From positions 2,542,001-2,606,000 of the forward strand of contig CM035352.1 in assembly GCA_020137815.1 (NCBI GenBank): a DNA stretch of 64,000 bases, written 5' to 3'. Below, piece by piece: positions 13,090 to 28,770 of the stretch. This DNA is from Hormiphora californensis. Taxonomy: Eukaryota > Animalia > Ctenophora. Both the position numbers and the translations under genes were made by a program. The number at the start of each line of letters is the position of its first letter. The first letter of the stretch is position 1. The notes under the pieces were generated by a model. The model worked only from the letters and a program-made list of their open reading frames with translations. It searched no databases and was not told the origin of the DNA.

Positions 13090-16000
13090 ATGGCATTATT
13101 ATGCAGCAGGCAGAAAATTTTAGTGTACGTAGTAGTAATCCTGGCAATTCTTTCTGTCGTCCTTTTTGGCGTGTTAATGTGGTCTGTCAGCAAGCCACCA
13201 GTTGAGGTAAGAAAGGTGGAGAGAGAGAAAGGTGGAGAGAGAGAGAGAGAGAGAGAATAAAGGCTAGTAAAATCAGATAATATTAAAGGCAATAAAGCTG
13301 TTCGTCTGTTCGGTAGAAGAGAGGTGAGGGGGGGGGGCAATATTTCGTCTTTGGAAAGCTTTCCAAAGACAATATCTAAAGACAAAGTATTACCTTCCCT
13401 GCTTCTCGCCTTTCGAAAGGCGAGAAGCAGGGAATGGTTGACATGGAGAATTTCAGTGACAATGTCTGGAATGACAATCACTGTCCACACCATGTTAATT
13501 GACCACATACATCTCTCTCCGCAGTACAGTGAAGGATTTGTAAGGGCAAGTGCAGGGCTACGTGAGAACATGGATCCGACAGCCGATCCATGCCAAGATT
13601 TCTATCAGTTTGCCTGTGGAGGTTGGATGAAAAGAAACACTATACCAGATGACATGTATGTATCACCCCCCCCCCCCCCTTGATTTCTATATATTCCTTC
13701 CTTGATTTCCCCCTTGAATCCTCCTTGATTCCTCCTTGATTCCTCCTTGATTCCTCCTTGATTCCTCCTTGATTTCCCCTCCTTTCCCGCCCTACCTTTA
13801 GTTCGTCAACTGGACAGGGTAACAGGACCAATAACCATCTAATCCCAGACCATAATAAACACAGTGTCCTTGCCCAACATCCCCCTCTCTCTCTCACCCG
13901 GCACCCCCTCTCTCACAGGGAGCAGTGGTCTAACTTTGTAATACTCGGTGATCAGACCCTGGTAACAACACGAAACCTCCTTATGGATCTGGAGAAAACA
14001 GAGTCCTCGGAACTACCAACCTATGTCACCAAACTAATGTCATACTTCAATGGGTGCTCTAACACCACTGACATGGATGTTGCCACAACTGACGAGTTAC
14101 AAGCATTTGTAGAGGACAGTATTCTATCTGCGGCTACACTGGATGATGCGATTACTGCAGCTGCTGAACTCCATGTTTCTCAGTACTTTACCTTGTTTGT
14201 CGATCCGGATGGCAATGAGCCTGATAAATATTCTCTTTATGTAAGTTGAATCCTTCACTCTATAAGTAATAAATAGTCGATTGACAATAAGGGTTGAGAA
14301 GAGTATTTCGATAAAGAGTTCGTATCGAAGTTGTATCCTAACCCTTGGTAATATTGACAGTTGACACCTAGTGCATCGCACAAGGGAGATATCAATGGTA
14401 CTAATCCTAAACCCTGTTTTGTCAGGCGATTCAAGGAGCGTTGGGTATGCCTCTGAAAGAGCATTATACTAACGATGCTGTGAATGGTGCTCGCCAGAAA
14501 GCCTACAAACAGTTCCTTCAAGAGCTATGGCAGCTACAAGGTGTAGAACAAGAATCTGCCAAAAACATCACAACGGATGTGTATGAACTTGAAAAGTGTA
14601 TAGCCAAGGTTCGTTTACACATGTGTACTCAGTGAGTATTACTCACATTTCAAATCACGCGTTACATTTCAAATCACGCGTTACATTGAAAATCACGCGT
14701 TAGCTCACGTGCGCCAACTATTTCAGGGAATGTTAACTCCGGCTGAAGAGAGACAGAAGTCAGATTCGATGCCTGGCCATGACTGGGGTGATGTTACCGG
14801 TGATACAGCAAAGGTAAAATACAACTTGTTTGTTAATTAGGACATGTATGTCAGTTAGTACCCATAATAATGGTGTATCACAGCTCTATATTTCAGGACC
14901 GACTAAAAGCAATGGTAACAGCCCGATTGACAGAAGGAGTTACCATACCAACTGACACAATAGTTTATTACTTTGAGGAATACATGACACAGGTTCAGAC
15001 GTGCCTTACTACATCGGATGAAACGTAAGTTCAATGTTGTCAAATGTCACATTTTAAATGGGCCTTGTAATAGAGAATAAGGATCGGTTGATTGTTTATT
15101 AGCCGCATATCAGTGAGGAAGTTTTGTTTTCTCCTTCCGGCTGGACAAATGAGTAGACGTGGTTTTATTGTAGAATTGCGTTATTCTACAATAAAACCAC
15201 GTCTACTCATTTGTCCAGCCGGAAGGACTTCCTCACAGACCTTGTAATATAAATACAAGTTGTGTTGTAACTTGTACGATATTCCCGGAAATAACATTGC
15301 AGTTAATAAGAGTAGCAGCGATATAATGGTACTAAAATTAAATCAATGTTTTTGTGCCAGTGTCTAAATCACACTTTGCTAAACTAACTTTACAGTGCCT
15401 AAATCTCACACCATCTTTAGGTTTGAAAAGCAGTACATTGCTACCCGTGTGATGTTGAAGTATGCTGTGAGTGGTAAGGAAGCATGGAGAGATCTGGATT
15501 GGGAATACAAGATTAACATTACAGGCGTGGAGCAGAAACAACCTACTTGGAAAACGTGCATCTCTGCGGTAACTTATTATCACTGCGCTGGCAAGCGCAA
15601 AGGTGACCCCATCCATCCCCCGAAAAAAAAAATCCCCCAAAAACGGCCCGCTTGCTCACAGCGTATATATACTAGGCTGTCCAGTAAATAATTTCGTTGG
15701 GCTTTTCTGGGAAAATGGTTTAAGATAGAGCAAAATGGACTTCACCACTGTTTTCAGCACTCGATTTTGAATAGGAATACAATGCCTGATATCGGTATGT
15801 GGTTGTTCTCGGTTCCCAGCAGGCTATTTTCTCTGCCCCACTTTTGTTGCTGCTGCACGGGGTTACCAAAGTTTTCTAAACGCTGCCCTATGAAAACTGG
15901 TTCAGTCTTTTTAGCTCCTATGGTGCTTAATCGATAGCAAATTGTCCAAGGATGAGCTATGTTTGCGATTTTTGGCTCTAGGTGTTGACTTATAACCTCT

Positions 16001-17579
16001 AGAACAGTTAATGTAACATGAAAAAGCGTCAAAGTGCAAAAAAATTGGGCCTGTTTTACGGGTATTTTTGAAAACATCAATAACTCACTTTTTAAGTCAA
16101 CCAATCACATAATTGGGTTCACTACGTCTTAGAACTGACTTAGAACTAATTTTTACTGCAGAGTTTTTGATTATAAGCCAATCCTGATGGGACCCGGAAG
16201 TGAAAGTTTCTAACTTTGACCAAACATTTTTGGAAGCCCATTGCTCAGTGAAAAATAAAGATAGGATCTTTTATTACATCTCAAACGAAAGATAATTGTC
16301 TAATGAACAAGCTTGATGCAACAAAACATCACTCATGTACAATTTTCAAGAAGTACAGCAGGTTTAGTACTAAAACTTAAAAATCGTGATTTTCCATATG
16401 CAGCAGCAACGAGAGTGGGGTATAGAAAGAGGCCTCGTGGGAACCGAGAACCACCACATTCCGATATCAGGCATTATATTCCGATACAAAATCGAGTGTT
16501 AAAAACAGTGGTGAAGTCCATTTTGCTCTACCTTGAACCATTTTCCCAGAAAGGCCCAACGAAATTATTTACTGGACAGCCTAGTAGTTATTTCATACTT
16601 TTAGCCCATTTTGGCACTTTTTGACATGCCATAACTCCCGAACCGGAAGAACTAGGAAGCTGAAATTTTGTACTTAGAAGCTTCTCGTAGACCTCTATCG
16701 ATGGTCAAAATTTCAAGTGGCTAGCTCTTTTTGTTCAAAAGTTATAACACCACCCCCAAAACAGAAAATTCAGTGTGGGGATAACTAGGTTGATACATAC
16801 ATACATACATGGATAGACGCTTTGTTACCCTCCGTTTGGTCCCAGTTTGAGACGAACCAGACATCGTACGACCTTAAACCAAGCGGGATTCGACAGATAA
16901 TTGTCTCGTGCATGTACCCATCTGGGTGGCGACTCTCCATCTTACCTATGACGCGCGCAATGACATCACGAGTGACGTCATTGCGCGAGACCGACTAACT
17001 TTTTTCTAACGCCTCTAGCACCCTGAAGACGTGTTCCGATTTCTGATTTGACGGAAAATCGTTACCGGCAAATCGTCTGAACTTTCAGATACTGTATAGC
17101 GAATTTTCGTAGCTTATCATTTTGAGCCCTTAAATCGCGTCGGAAGTCAAAAATTTGACGAAAAATTCAGCAAATTGAACGTTTTTCGAGCAAAAACTCC
17201 CTTTCCTGACCACTGTGGTCAATGAAACTTTACAAGCTCCTTTGGGGTATTGCTTTAAAATATATCGTGATGCAATTACGTCATTACGACGTCACTAATT
17301 ACGTCAAATGACGTCATTATGAAGTCTAAAATACGATTTTCACAGAAATTCGTCTCGTTTTTCATATAGCGCATCATTTCGACAATATTACATCATGAAA
17401 TAATGTCATGCTGCGATTAGAAACCAAAAAGGGACCTAAATTAAGCCAAAAACTAAATGAAATTAGTTGGCGGGGAAGGTGACCCACTTACACCTTTGCC
17501 TGCTGCCGGGATCAGGGATATAAGAGGTGAATATAATGGAATAAGACAGTGAAAGAGAGTGTGATAGTGAGAGAGAGAG

Positions 17580-17655
<76 letters not shown>

Positions 17656-20053
17656 AGAGAATGAGAGAGCGAGGGAGAGAGACAGGGACAGGGAGACAGG
17701 GAGGAGAGAGAGGGATAGAACGAACAGGAATAAGTTACCCTCGAAAAAATAGGAGATTGAGATACCGAGCTGAGGGATAGAATGAGAGTTCGTGGTGATA
17801 CCCGGCAGTAGCAAAAGGTGTAAGTGGGTCACCTTCCCCGCCAACTAATTTCATTTAGTTTTTGGCTTAATTGTAATATCACAGTTTTAATATCCTATAT
17901 TACAGTGTCCTTGTGTTGGTTACGAAGTTGGTTACGAAGTCACCCCTTTTATTGCATACATGAGCAATAATAACAGAGGGGTAATTTCATTACCAAGTCC
18001 TTGTGTTGGTCACACTGAGTGTTCGGCAAAAGTCCCCCAGTTGTATTGGACATTTTCACTAAATATATGACTTTACCCATTATTAACTTCTTTTCAGACG
18101 AAGCAGTACATGCCTGAAGCTCTAGGACGTGTTTTTGCAAATGAGACCTTTAAACCCTCAGCTAAGGAGGATGTGAGTTAAATTTAAATAGACAGTTGGG
18201 TGATCGGATAAATGTTTATTAGCCTCATGTTTGATTATCAGAGTTTTTATTATTCTCTCTGGGCTGAACCAGACGGGTATAATAATAAGTCGCTGACCAA
18301 TGGTCAGCGACTTATTATTATACCCAGTGACCATATTGTAATGACATTACTTGCCAAACCAAGTGAACAGTCGAGTTGGTAGGTAGGGAATGCAATCCAT
18401 CCTTCCCCAGACACTGTCCATGATTGGAGATATCAAGGAAGCCTTCAGTCAGCTGCTACCCGATCTACAGTGGATGGATGATGTAACGAGACAGAAAGCT
18501 GAGGAAAAGGTACAGCTCACTTTTTGCCTAGTTTTATATTCCGGTATTCAGCGCGGGAGGTGTTTAATTATTCCGGTATTCAGTGTGGGAGAGCTGTTTA
18601 ATATTATTCCCACGTCCAATCAGGCAGTAGCAGTTGACAATAAGATAGGTTACCCGGGATGGATTATGGATGACAAAAAGTTGGCCGACTACCTTAATGT
18701 GAGTAATGCCGTACTTCAAAACTATTATACTCTTACTTTGCTATATCTTATCTGATATAGTTGTTTCAAAGTATTTGTAAGTCATTTGAACGCTAACTAC
18801 CCCTGTTTCCAGTTTGACCTGCCAGGAGATAAACTCCGTAACAACTGGGCCCTGGATAAGTTCCTCACTCAACGTTCTTTCTCTAATCTTGGGAAAGCAG
18901 TGGATAAAACCAAGTGGTACATGTCCCCGGCCACAGTTAATGCCTATTACAACCCCAAAGCCAATGAGATGGTGTTCCCTGCTGCCATCCTTCAGCCTCC
19001 CTTCTACCATGTGGATTTCCCTAAATATGTTAACTACGGGGCTATTGGTGTGGTAATTGGACACGAACTGACACACGGATTCGATGATAACGGTATGTTT
19101 TGATATGGTAACGAAGTTACCCCCTTCCTTTGCTGGTGACCTCTCTGAAGGGTTTATTTCGTAACCAATGTTTCCATACAGGGTGGTTAGAAATGTTTTG
19201 AAACTTGGTAACCTGCACTGGATGCAAATTACCAAGTTTTTGCACCACCCTGTGTGTGGTTCTCATTGTCGAACAAGGCAAGGTTCTCACACATTATAAC
19301 GTTAACTTATCCAACCATTTCACGACATGAATTGATGAACCTTACTAGGAGACACAATGTAAGAGACTCGAATCATGGCCAGTCATTGTACTTCTAACAG
19401 GTCGAAAATATTCAAAATCTGGGAAACTTGAGGAATGGTATACGGAGAAGGCACGGACAGGATTCGATCAAAGGGCGAAGTGCATGTCCGACCAATACAG
19501 CACCTACAGTGTGGAGGGTTTCCCGGTATAATTGGTTTGTTTGTTGTAAGGCACTGTTAGTAACTGTTATACCCACGCCTGGATGTTGGTCCAGAGTTAG
19601 CCCACACTGACATCCTTCATTCTTTTTTACAGGTGAATGGAAATTTAACTTTGGGAGAGAATATAGCTGACAACGGGGGAGTAAAACAAGCCTACATTGC
19701 ATATCAGAATTGGGTTGCGAAGAACGGAAAGGAACAGGAACTTCCCGGGATGGATTTATCTAACGAACAAGCTTTCTTCCTATCATATGCTCAGGTAACT
19801 TTAGATTTTATTTAAAAGATATGGCCCCCATACTAATCCCAGAAGACGGAAACTAACTAAATCTCCCTAGATTTGGTGTCAAAAGAAGACAAAGTCAGCC
19901 TTTGAGTCGATGACGAAGGAAGACCCTCATAGTCCTGGGATGTTTAGGATAAAAGGGCCCCTGGTGAATAGTAAGGAGTTTGCTGCTGCATATAGTTGTC
20001 CTGTAGACAGTCCCATGAACCCTCCCCAGTCCGAGAAATGTGAGGTGTGGTAA
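13090..20053 (+). CDS. M13 family zinc metallopeptidase (neprilysin / endothelin-converting-enzyme-like), type II membrane protein, 14 exons
   Basis: Exons about 13090-13206, 13525-13655, 13919-14240, 14426-14608, 14727-14813, 14897-15024, 15421-15568, 18098-18172, 18411-18509, 18624-18698, 18813-19092, 19401-19525, 19633-19794, 19871-20053, all GT-AG. N-terminal TM anchor, [29 protein letters not shown] (HExxH), [14 protein letters not shown] and the C-terminal CEVW* are the hallmark M13 motifs. Confidence 0.95.
13718..13775. repeat. 11-bp tandem repeat (TTGATTCCTCC)n in an intron
   Basis: About 5 direct copies. Confidence 0.8.
15133..15226. repeat. Perfect hairpin/palindrome (44-bp arms, 6-nt loop), probable tiny MITE
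   Basis: CCTTCCGGCTGGACAAATGAGTAGACGTGGTTTTATTGTAGAAT-tgcgtt-ATTCTACAATAAAACCACGTCTACTCATTTGTCCAGCCGGAAGG. Confidence 0.85.
15576..17870 (-). mobile_element. Helentron/DINE-1-like non-autonomous rolling-circle element (copy 1) in intron 7 of the M13 gene
   Basis: Reverse-complement homolog of 54051-56474. It has a subterminal IR (AAGGTGACCC), a terminal hairpin TGCGCT-ggca-AGCGCA, an internal (ATAC)n tract and a ~55-bp inverted repeat at the other end. Confidence 0.7.
15672..16584. mobile_element. 913-bp MITE with ~150-bp TIRs and TA TSD (Tc1/mariner-type), nested in the Helentron-like element
   Basis: TA|CTAGGCTGTCCAGTAAATAATTTCGTTGGG ... CCCAACGAAATTATTTACTGGACAGCCTAG|TA. The uninterrupted host sequence (ACAGCGTATATATAGTTATT) is seen on the minus strand at about 56071-56090 and 56373-56392. 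Confidence 0.9.
17916..17996. mobile_element. Tiny MITE (TTGGT(T/A)ACGAAG family) with 9-bp TSD
   Basis: GTCCTTGTG|TTGGTTACGAAG...TTTCATTACCAA|GTCCTTGTG. Relatives at 19105-19168, 43044-43141 and 44639-44738. Confidence 0.8.
18276..18326. repeat. Near-perfect intronic palindrome (~25-bp arms)
   Basis: GGGTATAATAATAAGTCGCTGACCA-a-TGGTCAGCGACTTATTATTATACCC. Confidence 0.85.
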
Positions 20054-20124
20054 CAGTGTAGGGAGTAGGACTTGAATAATTTGGAGGCGGGGTGGGAATG
20101 GTTCGGGTTGGGTTGTGTGTGAGA

Positions 20125-20216
<92 letters not shown>

Positions 20217-21089
20217 AAAGACTCTTCACGGTGAGAGATGCCGTGAAACTAAATTAAGTTTTACATTTTTACAGACTGATCTCTAACAATCGTTATCATG
20301 CATTTATTACATCGCTTGATGCATTTTATGTGCATCATAATTAATTATTGGCAATTTTAATTTTATATTTTACCGATTAACAAAATTACTTTGTGCTTTC
20401 TGTCTAATTTGGCAAATGGCATATTATATGCGACATGTTTACGAAATGTTGTGACCGCTCATCCACGGCCAATTTCCTCAAATCACACGTTCAGAAACGT
20501 ACGTGCAGCAAATGCTGAAATGGCTACTTTTCACATAAACTGCGCGCCGCGCGTTACAAATGCTGAGTATGCTCTGTACAGATTCAGAAGCAAAACGACC
20601 CAGTTGAACCAAACAAAAATGCCTTTTTTGTGATGTTTCCTATGCTATGGTCCATCCCCTGATAAGATAGAGACTTCAAGTTTGGAGGTTAGGATGAAAT
20701 CGACATGATCTTCCGTACCTTTAAATTTGTCTCTATCTCATCAGGGGTGGAGCTATATTGAAGTATGAAAATAGTAAATATCACAATACCCAAGGACCTT
20801 TCACTTTTTACTTTTCCATCACCCTTTTTGTTCATTCGTCCGTTTGTCAACTTATTTCAGTGATTGAACACATAATAACGTCTTGTTTTTGGGAAAAGTG
20901 AGGTAAAACCAAATACAAGATAATAAAAATAGAGTCAAAAAACCACGTTACACCTCGCCCCTCGGTGCACACTCACACAGAAAACTCACCCACACAAACA
21001 CTCAAACAGTACTATCTCACACTCTCTCTCTTTCTCTCCCTTAGTTACTGTCTTTCTCTCCCTCATCCTCTTGGGGTGATGGAATCACC

Positions 21090-23811
<2,722 letters not shown>

Positions 23812-24162
23812 TTATACCGAGTTTTACCTTTTGAAAGTGATTATTTTAACTTTGGGAATGAGGTGAGATACTCCATTATAACGGGATTTTAGAGGTGGGA
23901 AACACGTAGTGTACATCATGTAAGTCAAGATCAAGAAGATTGGAAGCTAAATAGATTTGTATAAATTAAATAAACACACGCACATGTACCAAATTAAACT
24001 TTTCAAAGTTTCCTACTACTGTTTTTTGGGTCCCGCCAAGTTTTCTGATAAGTCTGTAATCTGTAAACCCCTTCATGTCCTTTCAAAGAGAATGATCACC
24101 ATTTATACCGAGATGCAACTAGTAACTCATTAACAACTCATTAACAAATCATTAGCAACTCA

Positions 24163-25074
24163 TTAACACGTCATCAACTCTCTGATACACTGCACTTTGT
24201 AATCCCAGTATCTATCCCTCACAGTCGGCGTCTCCTTTAACACCATATAGATATCAATCGCCTTCTCATAGTCCTCTCTCTCCTCCCTGATCTCCGCGAG
24301 GACCTTCAGCCCAAACGGGCTTCTTATCTGCCGAGAGTAGAGATCTTCACACATCTCAACAAACAATTTGAAATCAACCATTGAGTGTCCATTTCCCTTG
24401 ATCATTCCCGTCGCGTAATTCCAGGGAGATTCGTTGTTAGGGGCTTTGTTAATGTATGCTCGAGTGTACTCCAACTCCCGTTCAATTACCTCCTTATCCC
24501 AGCCTGTAGTGTTAGTCACCACAAAGTATCTGTGATTCCAGGCACTGTTGTTTCTGAGGTCTTCCTGGAGTAATTTCTCAACAAATTCCAATTCTCCCTC
24601 CCATAAATTGTATTGAGACACAACCCACTGCCGGTGATCCCACGCGTGATAGTTTTTAGCATCCTTCCCCAGTGTGGTAGCGGTTAGATCCAGCTCCTTA
24701 GAAGGGTCCCCGGTCATTTCAATAAGACAGCGGCGATGGATGCCATACCTGATAATTCTTGGGTTGATCCTTGATCACTGCATCAGCAAACTCAACCTCC
24801 TGATCCAGACTAATGTTCATGTTCCTCAGTATCTCCCTGCGATAGTGCCACACATGTGTAGTTTGCAGCATTCAGATCGATAGCATCGGTGGTAAGTTCA
24901 AACGCTCTCAAACTGTACTCCTTCTTTTGCATGAATAGCCGCCATGTAACTATACACATCTTTAAATCGGTCTGAGTACATGATCTGAACTACATCACCA
25001 CAGGGGAGGGGAATAGGGGTAATGTCCTTCCAGTCGGGCCGCTCTGAGTATGGTGTCTCATCTGAGTCTGACAT
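24163..25074 (-). CDS. FNTA: Protein farnesyltransferase/geranylgeranyltransferase-I alpha subunit, single coding exon, three apparent +1 frameshifts
   Basis: MSDSDETPYSERPDWKDITPIP...IMYSDRFKDVYSY, then PPTA repeats NAANYTVWHYR, PKNYQVWHHRR, AKNYHAWDHRQW, RNNSAWNHRYF and PNNESPWNY. The frame is restored by removing single bases near 24934, 24854 and 24738 (about 302 aa). Confidence 0.92.
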
Positions 25075-25276
25075 GGCTAGTTAGAGGAGATATTTAATTA
25101 GGCGAGATTCATTTAGGGGGGTGTGAGGTCAGAAGTAGGGGACATGTTAGAATTGGCCAACATTGGAAGCAGTCAATAATAAACAAAGAGTGTAATCAGA
25201 TTGTTGTTATTCTGAGTTGGATAAAAGTCAATAAATTATTTTAAAAACAGTTTTAAAAGCAGTTTTAAAAGTTAGT

Positions 25277-27400
25277 TTACCCAACCTTTCTACCCCTCCA
25301 GAACTTTCCTCGTTGCTTCTTCAAGAAGGGAGCTGCAGATCGTCCCAATTGCCTTCTCTCTCCTCCCATCATCTCCACCGCTCTTGTCCCTGCGAGGTTG
25401 TCTGGGGGTCTCTTCTGGCTCTGCCGCTGTTTCAGCAGTTGCTGCTCCTATCCTGCTACCAAGTGGTAGAGACACCGAACTGGTGTTAACCGCGAATATC
25501 TTGCTCTCGTTCTCACAACTCACTAGTTTCATCTGCATTGCTCGTTTACCCCTGCTAGGTTTCACTACCTCCTCCTCCTCCTCTTCCTCCTCACTTTCTC
25601 CACCCACTGCTGAAACCTCCTCAAACCCGCTCTTCTGCTGGTCAGTTAGCTTTCTAACTGTTGGGTTGATCAGTTTGAATTGTTCGCTCTCCTCATCTAC
25701 TTGGAAGTTAGAGTCTGTGAAGAGAGATCCAAATCGGTCATCACCCATGAGTGTGCCACCTTTATGGAGATCCTTAGCGGCCAGGTTTTTATTAATCTTG
25801 GGCAGGGCTCGCTTCTCAATCCTGTCTGGGACAGCCAATTTCTCCTTGACTCTCTTCTCTTTGTACTCCGAAAATGCAAACGGTTGTACAATGTCCCTAG
25901 CCTCGCGATACAGCTTCATGTGGATAAAGTAACCATGCATGTAGGCCCGGAGGTAACTAGTCCCAGAGAGATGTGACAGACCCAAGCTCTCCAGCTCCTC
26001 TGACGTAACAAATTTGTAATCATCATAAACCACGTTCTCAGTTGACTCTTCCAGCTCCTCCGTGATACTATCCAGGAATGAGCACCATTTGGGGGCTGGA
26101 CCCACCGCAGGTATGTAAAATGTTCCCATTTTTTGGGCTTCCTTGGCGAAGAAGAACATTCCAGTGCCTTCGTGCCATGCCACGTGACAGATGTCTTCCT
26201 CTGACTCGATAGCAGTGAACGCCTCCCCAGTCTGCCCATCCCATATCTTGAAACTGCGTTTACAGGCTGACATAACCCGGCCTTCAGGGTGGTAAAATAT
26301 TGTGTTGATAGGTTGCCCATAGTGATGGTCTTTGGTTAGCATGACCTGGGGAGATCGGATATCGTAGAGATGGACCTTTCCATCCTCCGTTCCCACCGCC
26401 AGATCGAGAATGTTTGAGGTTTGTAGAGCGGTGATTTGAGGTGCAGAGGGAACGGACAGTGTTGCACATCGTGTTCTAGAGCGAGGATCCCAGCACTCAA
26501 CGGTACCAGTTTCAGTTCCTGAGGGAGGGAGAGCAATGAGAAAATAATCAGAAGATGTAGGTACCTGACACATCTCTATTTATTTGTTACACGTAATTAT
26601 ACAAAGAACGGTTAAGTACCAGGTATTCAGATTTTGGGACTCACCTAAAAACAAGAGAGAATGTTGGGGATGGATCTTGGTGACATTTACACCGGTAGTT
26701 AGTGTATCGATAGGCTTCATAAAGGTTCCTTTACACAGGTTCAATCTAAACACTTGAGAACCAGTGGCACCTGCATCAAAATATAATCGTTATATCATTG
26801 ACTAGTGATTAGAACTAGTATCTAAATGGTACCTGGGTGTTTGGTTAAATCTGTAAGGTGTCAATAACTAACCAATATAAAGTTCAGCAGTCCGGGAATA
26901 GTACGCGATATCTCGACCAAAGGTAGGGATACGTGTCCGGTAATAGATCCCATCTTGTGTATGCATCTCAATATACCGCTCAGATTGTAACAGAACCAGC
27001 TTCTTCCAATCTTCAGAGAGAATGTGAAAAGCCACCACTTCTGAGTCCATTCCACGTTCGAACTTCATTGATAGTTGGCTCGTGTCAAAACATCTGAGGG
27101 AAATGATAATATAAGAAATATCAAATAGGTCACACTCGGAAAAAAGTAATTTAGACAACTCTATTACCTTAATCTAGGCGGATAAACCCCCGTTGCATAG
27201 ATGTGGGTCTTATCGGGTGTCAAGGCAATTCGCTGACTGCTGATTGGCATTTCAAATTCTTGTATCAGCTGAATTCGTTTCCTCATGGATACATCTGTCT
27301 TGAGGAGGAGCCGTTTCTTTCTTTCTGAGAGCCAGTCAGGTATTGTCCGTCCATGAGTAAGGTTGTAGATCTTAACATCGTTTGGGTTTAGTACTTGCAT
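25277..27400 (-). CDS. NOL10: Nucleolar protein 10 (Enp2 homolog; WD40 + NUC153), 4 exons
   Basis: Exons about 27400-27168, 27093-26873, 26770-26645, 26518 to end. Motifs MQVLNPNDVKIYNL, RIQLIQEFEMP, GPAPKWCSFLDSITEELEE, YDDYKFVT, LRAYMHGYF and DDRFGSLF. As written the stop is at 25290. Removing one base near 25352 gives a basic tail (...GRSAAPFLKKQRGKFWRGRKVG) ending at 25277. Confidence 0.95.
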
Positions 27401-28143
27401 ATCTGACCTATCAAAAGAGTTGTGTATAGCGGTCAGTTCATGTAATCTTATTTCTGTCCCCGTGGGAGACGGGAGCGGGGAGTGCTGAGCGATCAAGTCC
27501 AACAAAACTTTTTAAAATCATCTTGGTTAGAATAGCGGATAGTATCTCCATAAGTTTACTGAGAATGACCGTTTAAGTTGGCTTTTAAAAGCGCTACAAT
27601 AACCTGTACGGTGCACCGCGTGTGAAGACCGACGGACCGCGGGCAGAGGGGCCAGCAGCTCAGGGGCAGGAACTTTAAAAGTGAATTCGTATGTATAATT
27701 TTGGGAAGAATTTCGTGCATTCCTGGGAGGGGCCGAAGGCCACTCCCACAGCGACCGATAACCGAAGGTGCCGCAAAGCGACACCGGAGGGAGCTCCGGT
27801 CGTGCGACCGGAGATGTCAAGTTGCATTTTTATTGTTCAAATTTTTTGGTATGTGCTAAGGTCTCGTCGCGCATACACCACCGTAACGAGCGGACCTCGT
27901 TAGAGGGGCAGCAGCCAGCAGCACTTGAAAAGCAAATTTTGAAAAGGGAAATTTTGGAAATTATAATTTTGAAACTTGCAAAATTTTGGAACACAATTTC
28001 ATTCAAGCGCGCGGCGCACGCGCAGCGAAATATTGACAATTGCAGCGCACATATCACTTTTGAGCGCGTTTCTGTATTCCGCAGCGCCGCTCAAGTTTTA
28101 TCTGTATCTGTTTTTTTTCTAAAAGTTTAAAATTCTTTTCAAA

Positions 28144-28290
28144 GAGGCCCCTCGGAAATGTTCAAGTCATGCACAATCAAGTCACGCCCACCAATCACAG
28201 CTCAGAACGCGCGGAGTGCTTCGCGCGTTCTGCGCTGTGATTGGTGGGCGTGACTTGATTGTGCATGACTTGAACATTTCCGAGGGCCTC
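28144..28290. mobile_element. 147-bp palindromic MITE carrying symmetric GC-box/CCAAT motifs, between the divergent NOL10 and coiled-coil genes
   Basis: AAA|GAGGCCCCTCGGAAATGTTCAAGTCATGCACAATCAAGTCACGCCCACCAATCACAG ... CTGTGATTGGTGGGCGTGACTTGATTGTGCATGACTTGAACATTTCCGAGGGCCTC|AAA. Confidence 0.8.
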
Positions 28291-28770
28291 AAACTTCTTT
28301 TCAAGACTTAAAACGAAAAAGAATTTTCACTTTTCACTGCAATCCCTTGGCCCAGCTCGCAGGCGCTCTGTTCCTAAACCCCCACTGGGGCTGCGCCCCT
28401 GGAAAAAGTTAAAACGTACGGTTTGGCCTTGAAAAGCGCTGCCTATTCCCGCACTGGGGCCTGACGCCTGTAGCATATGCTAAGTTGGCCGATTTGGCTG
28501 TTGGTACGTTTTTTTGTCTTGTGTGCATACTGTGTGTCCTCATGGTAGCGGGTAGAGCGCCTGTAGCGTGTGCCGTGTGTGCCAAATTTGGTCGACTTGG
28601 CATTTGCTTTAAAAAGCGTAATATTCCGCACCGAGGCGACTATGTCCTATGAAGTAGGCAGTAGCATGTGTATGTTGAATGCAGTAGGAGACATAATCGT
28701 TCTGAAGAACCAACCAGGATTAAAAAAGGATTGGAGTTTAAAGTTTTAAACAGCTCATTTCTTGTTAGGA

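Noticed and set aside
25384-25976. Plus-strand ORFs opposite NOL10, and similar antisense ORFs over other exons
   Set aside because: They are shadows of real coding exons with no independent evidence.
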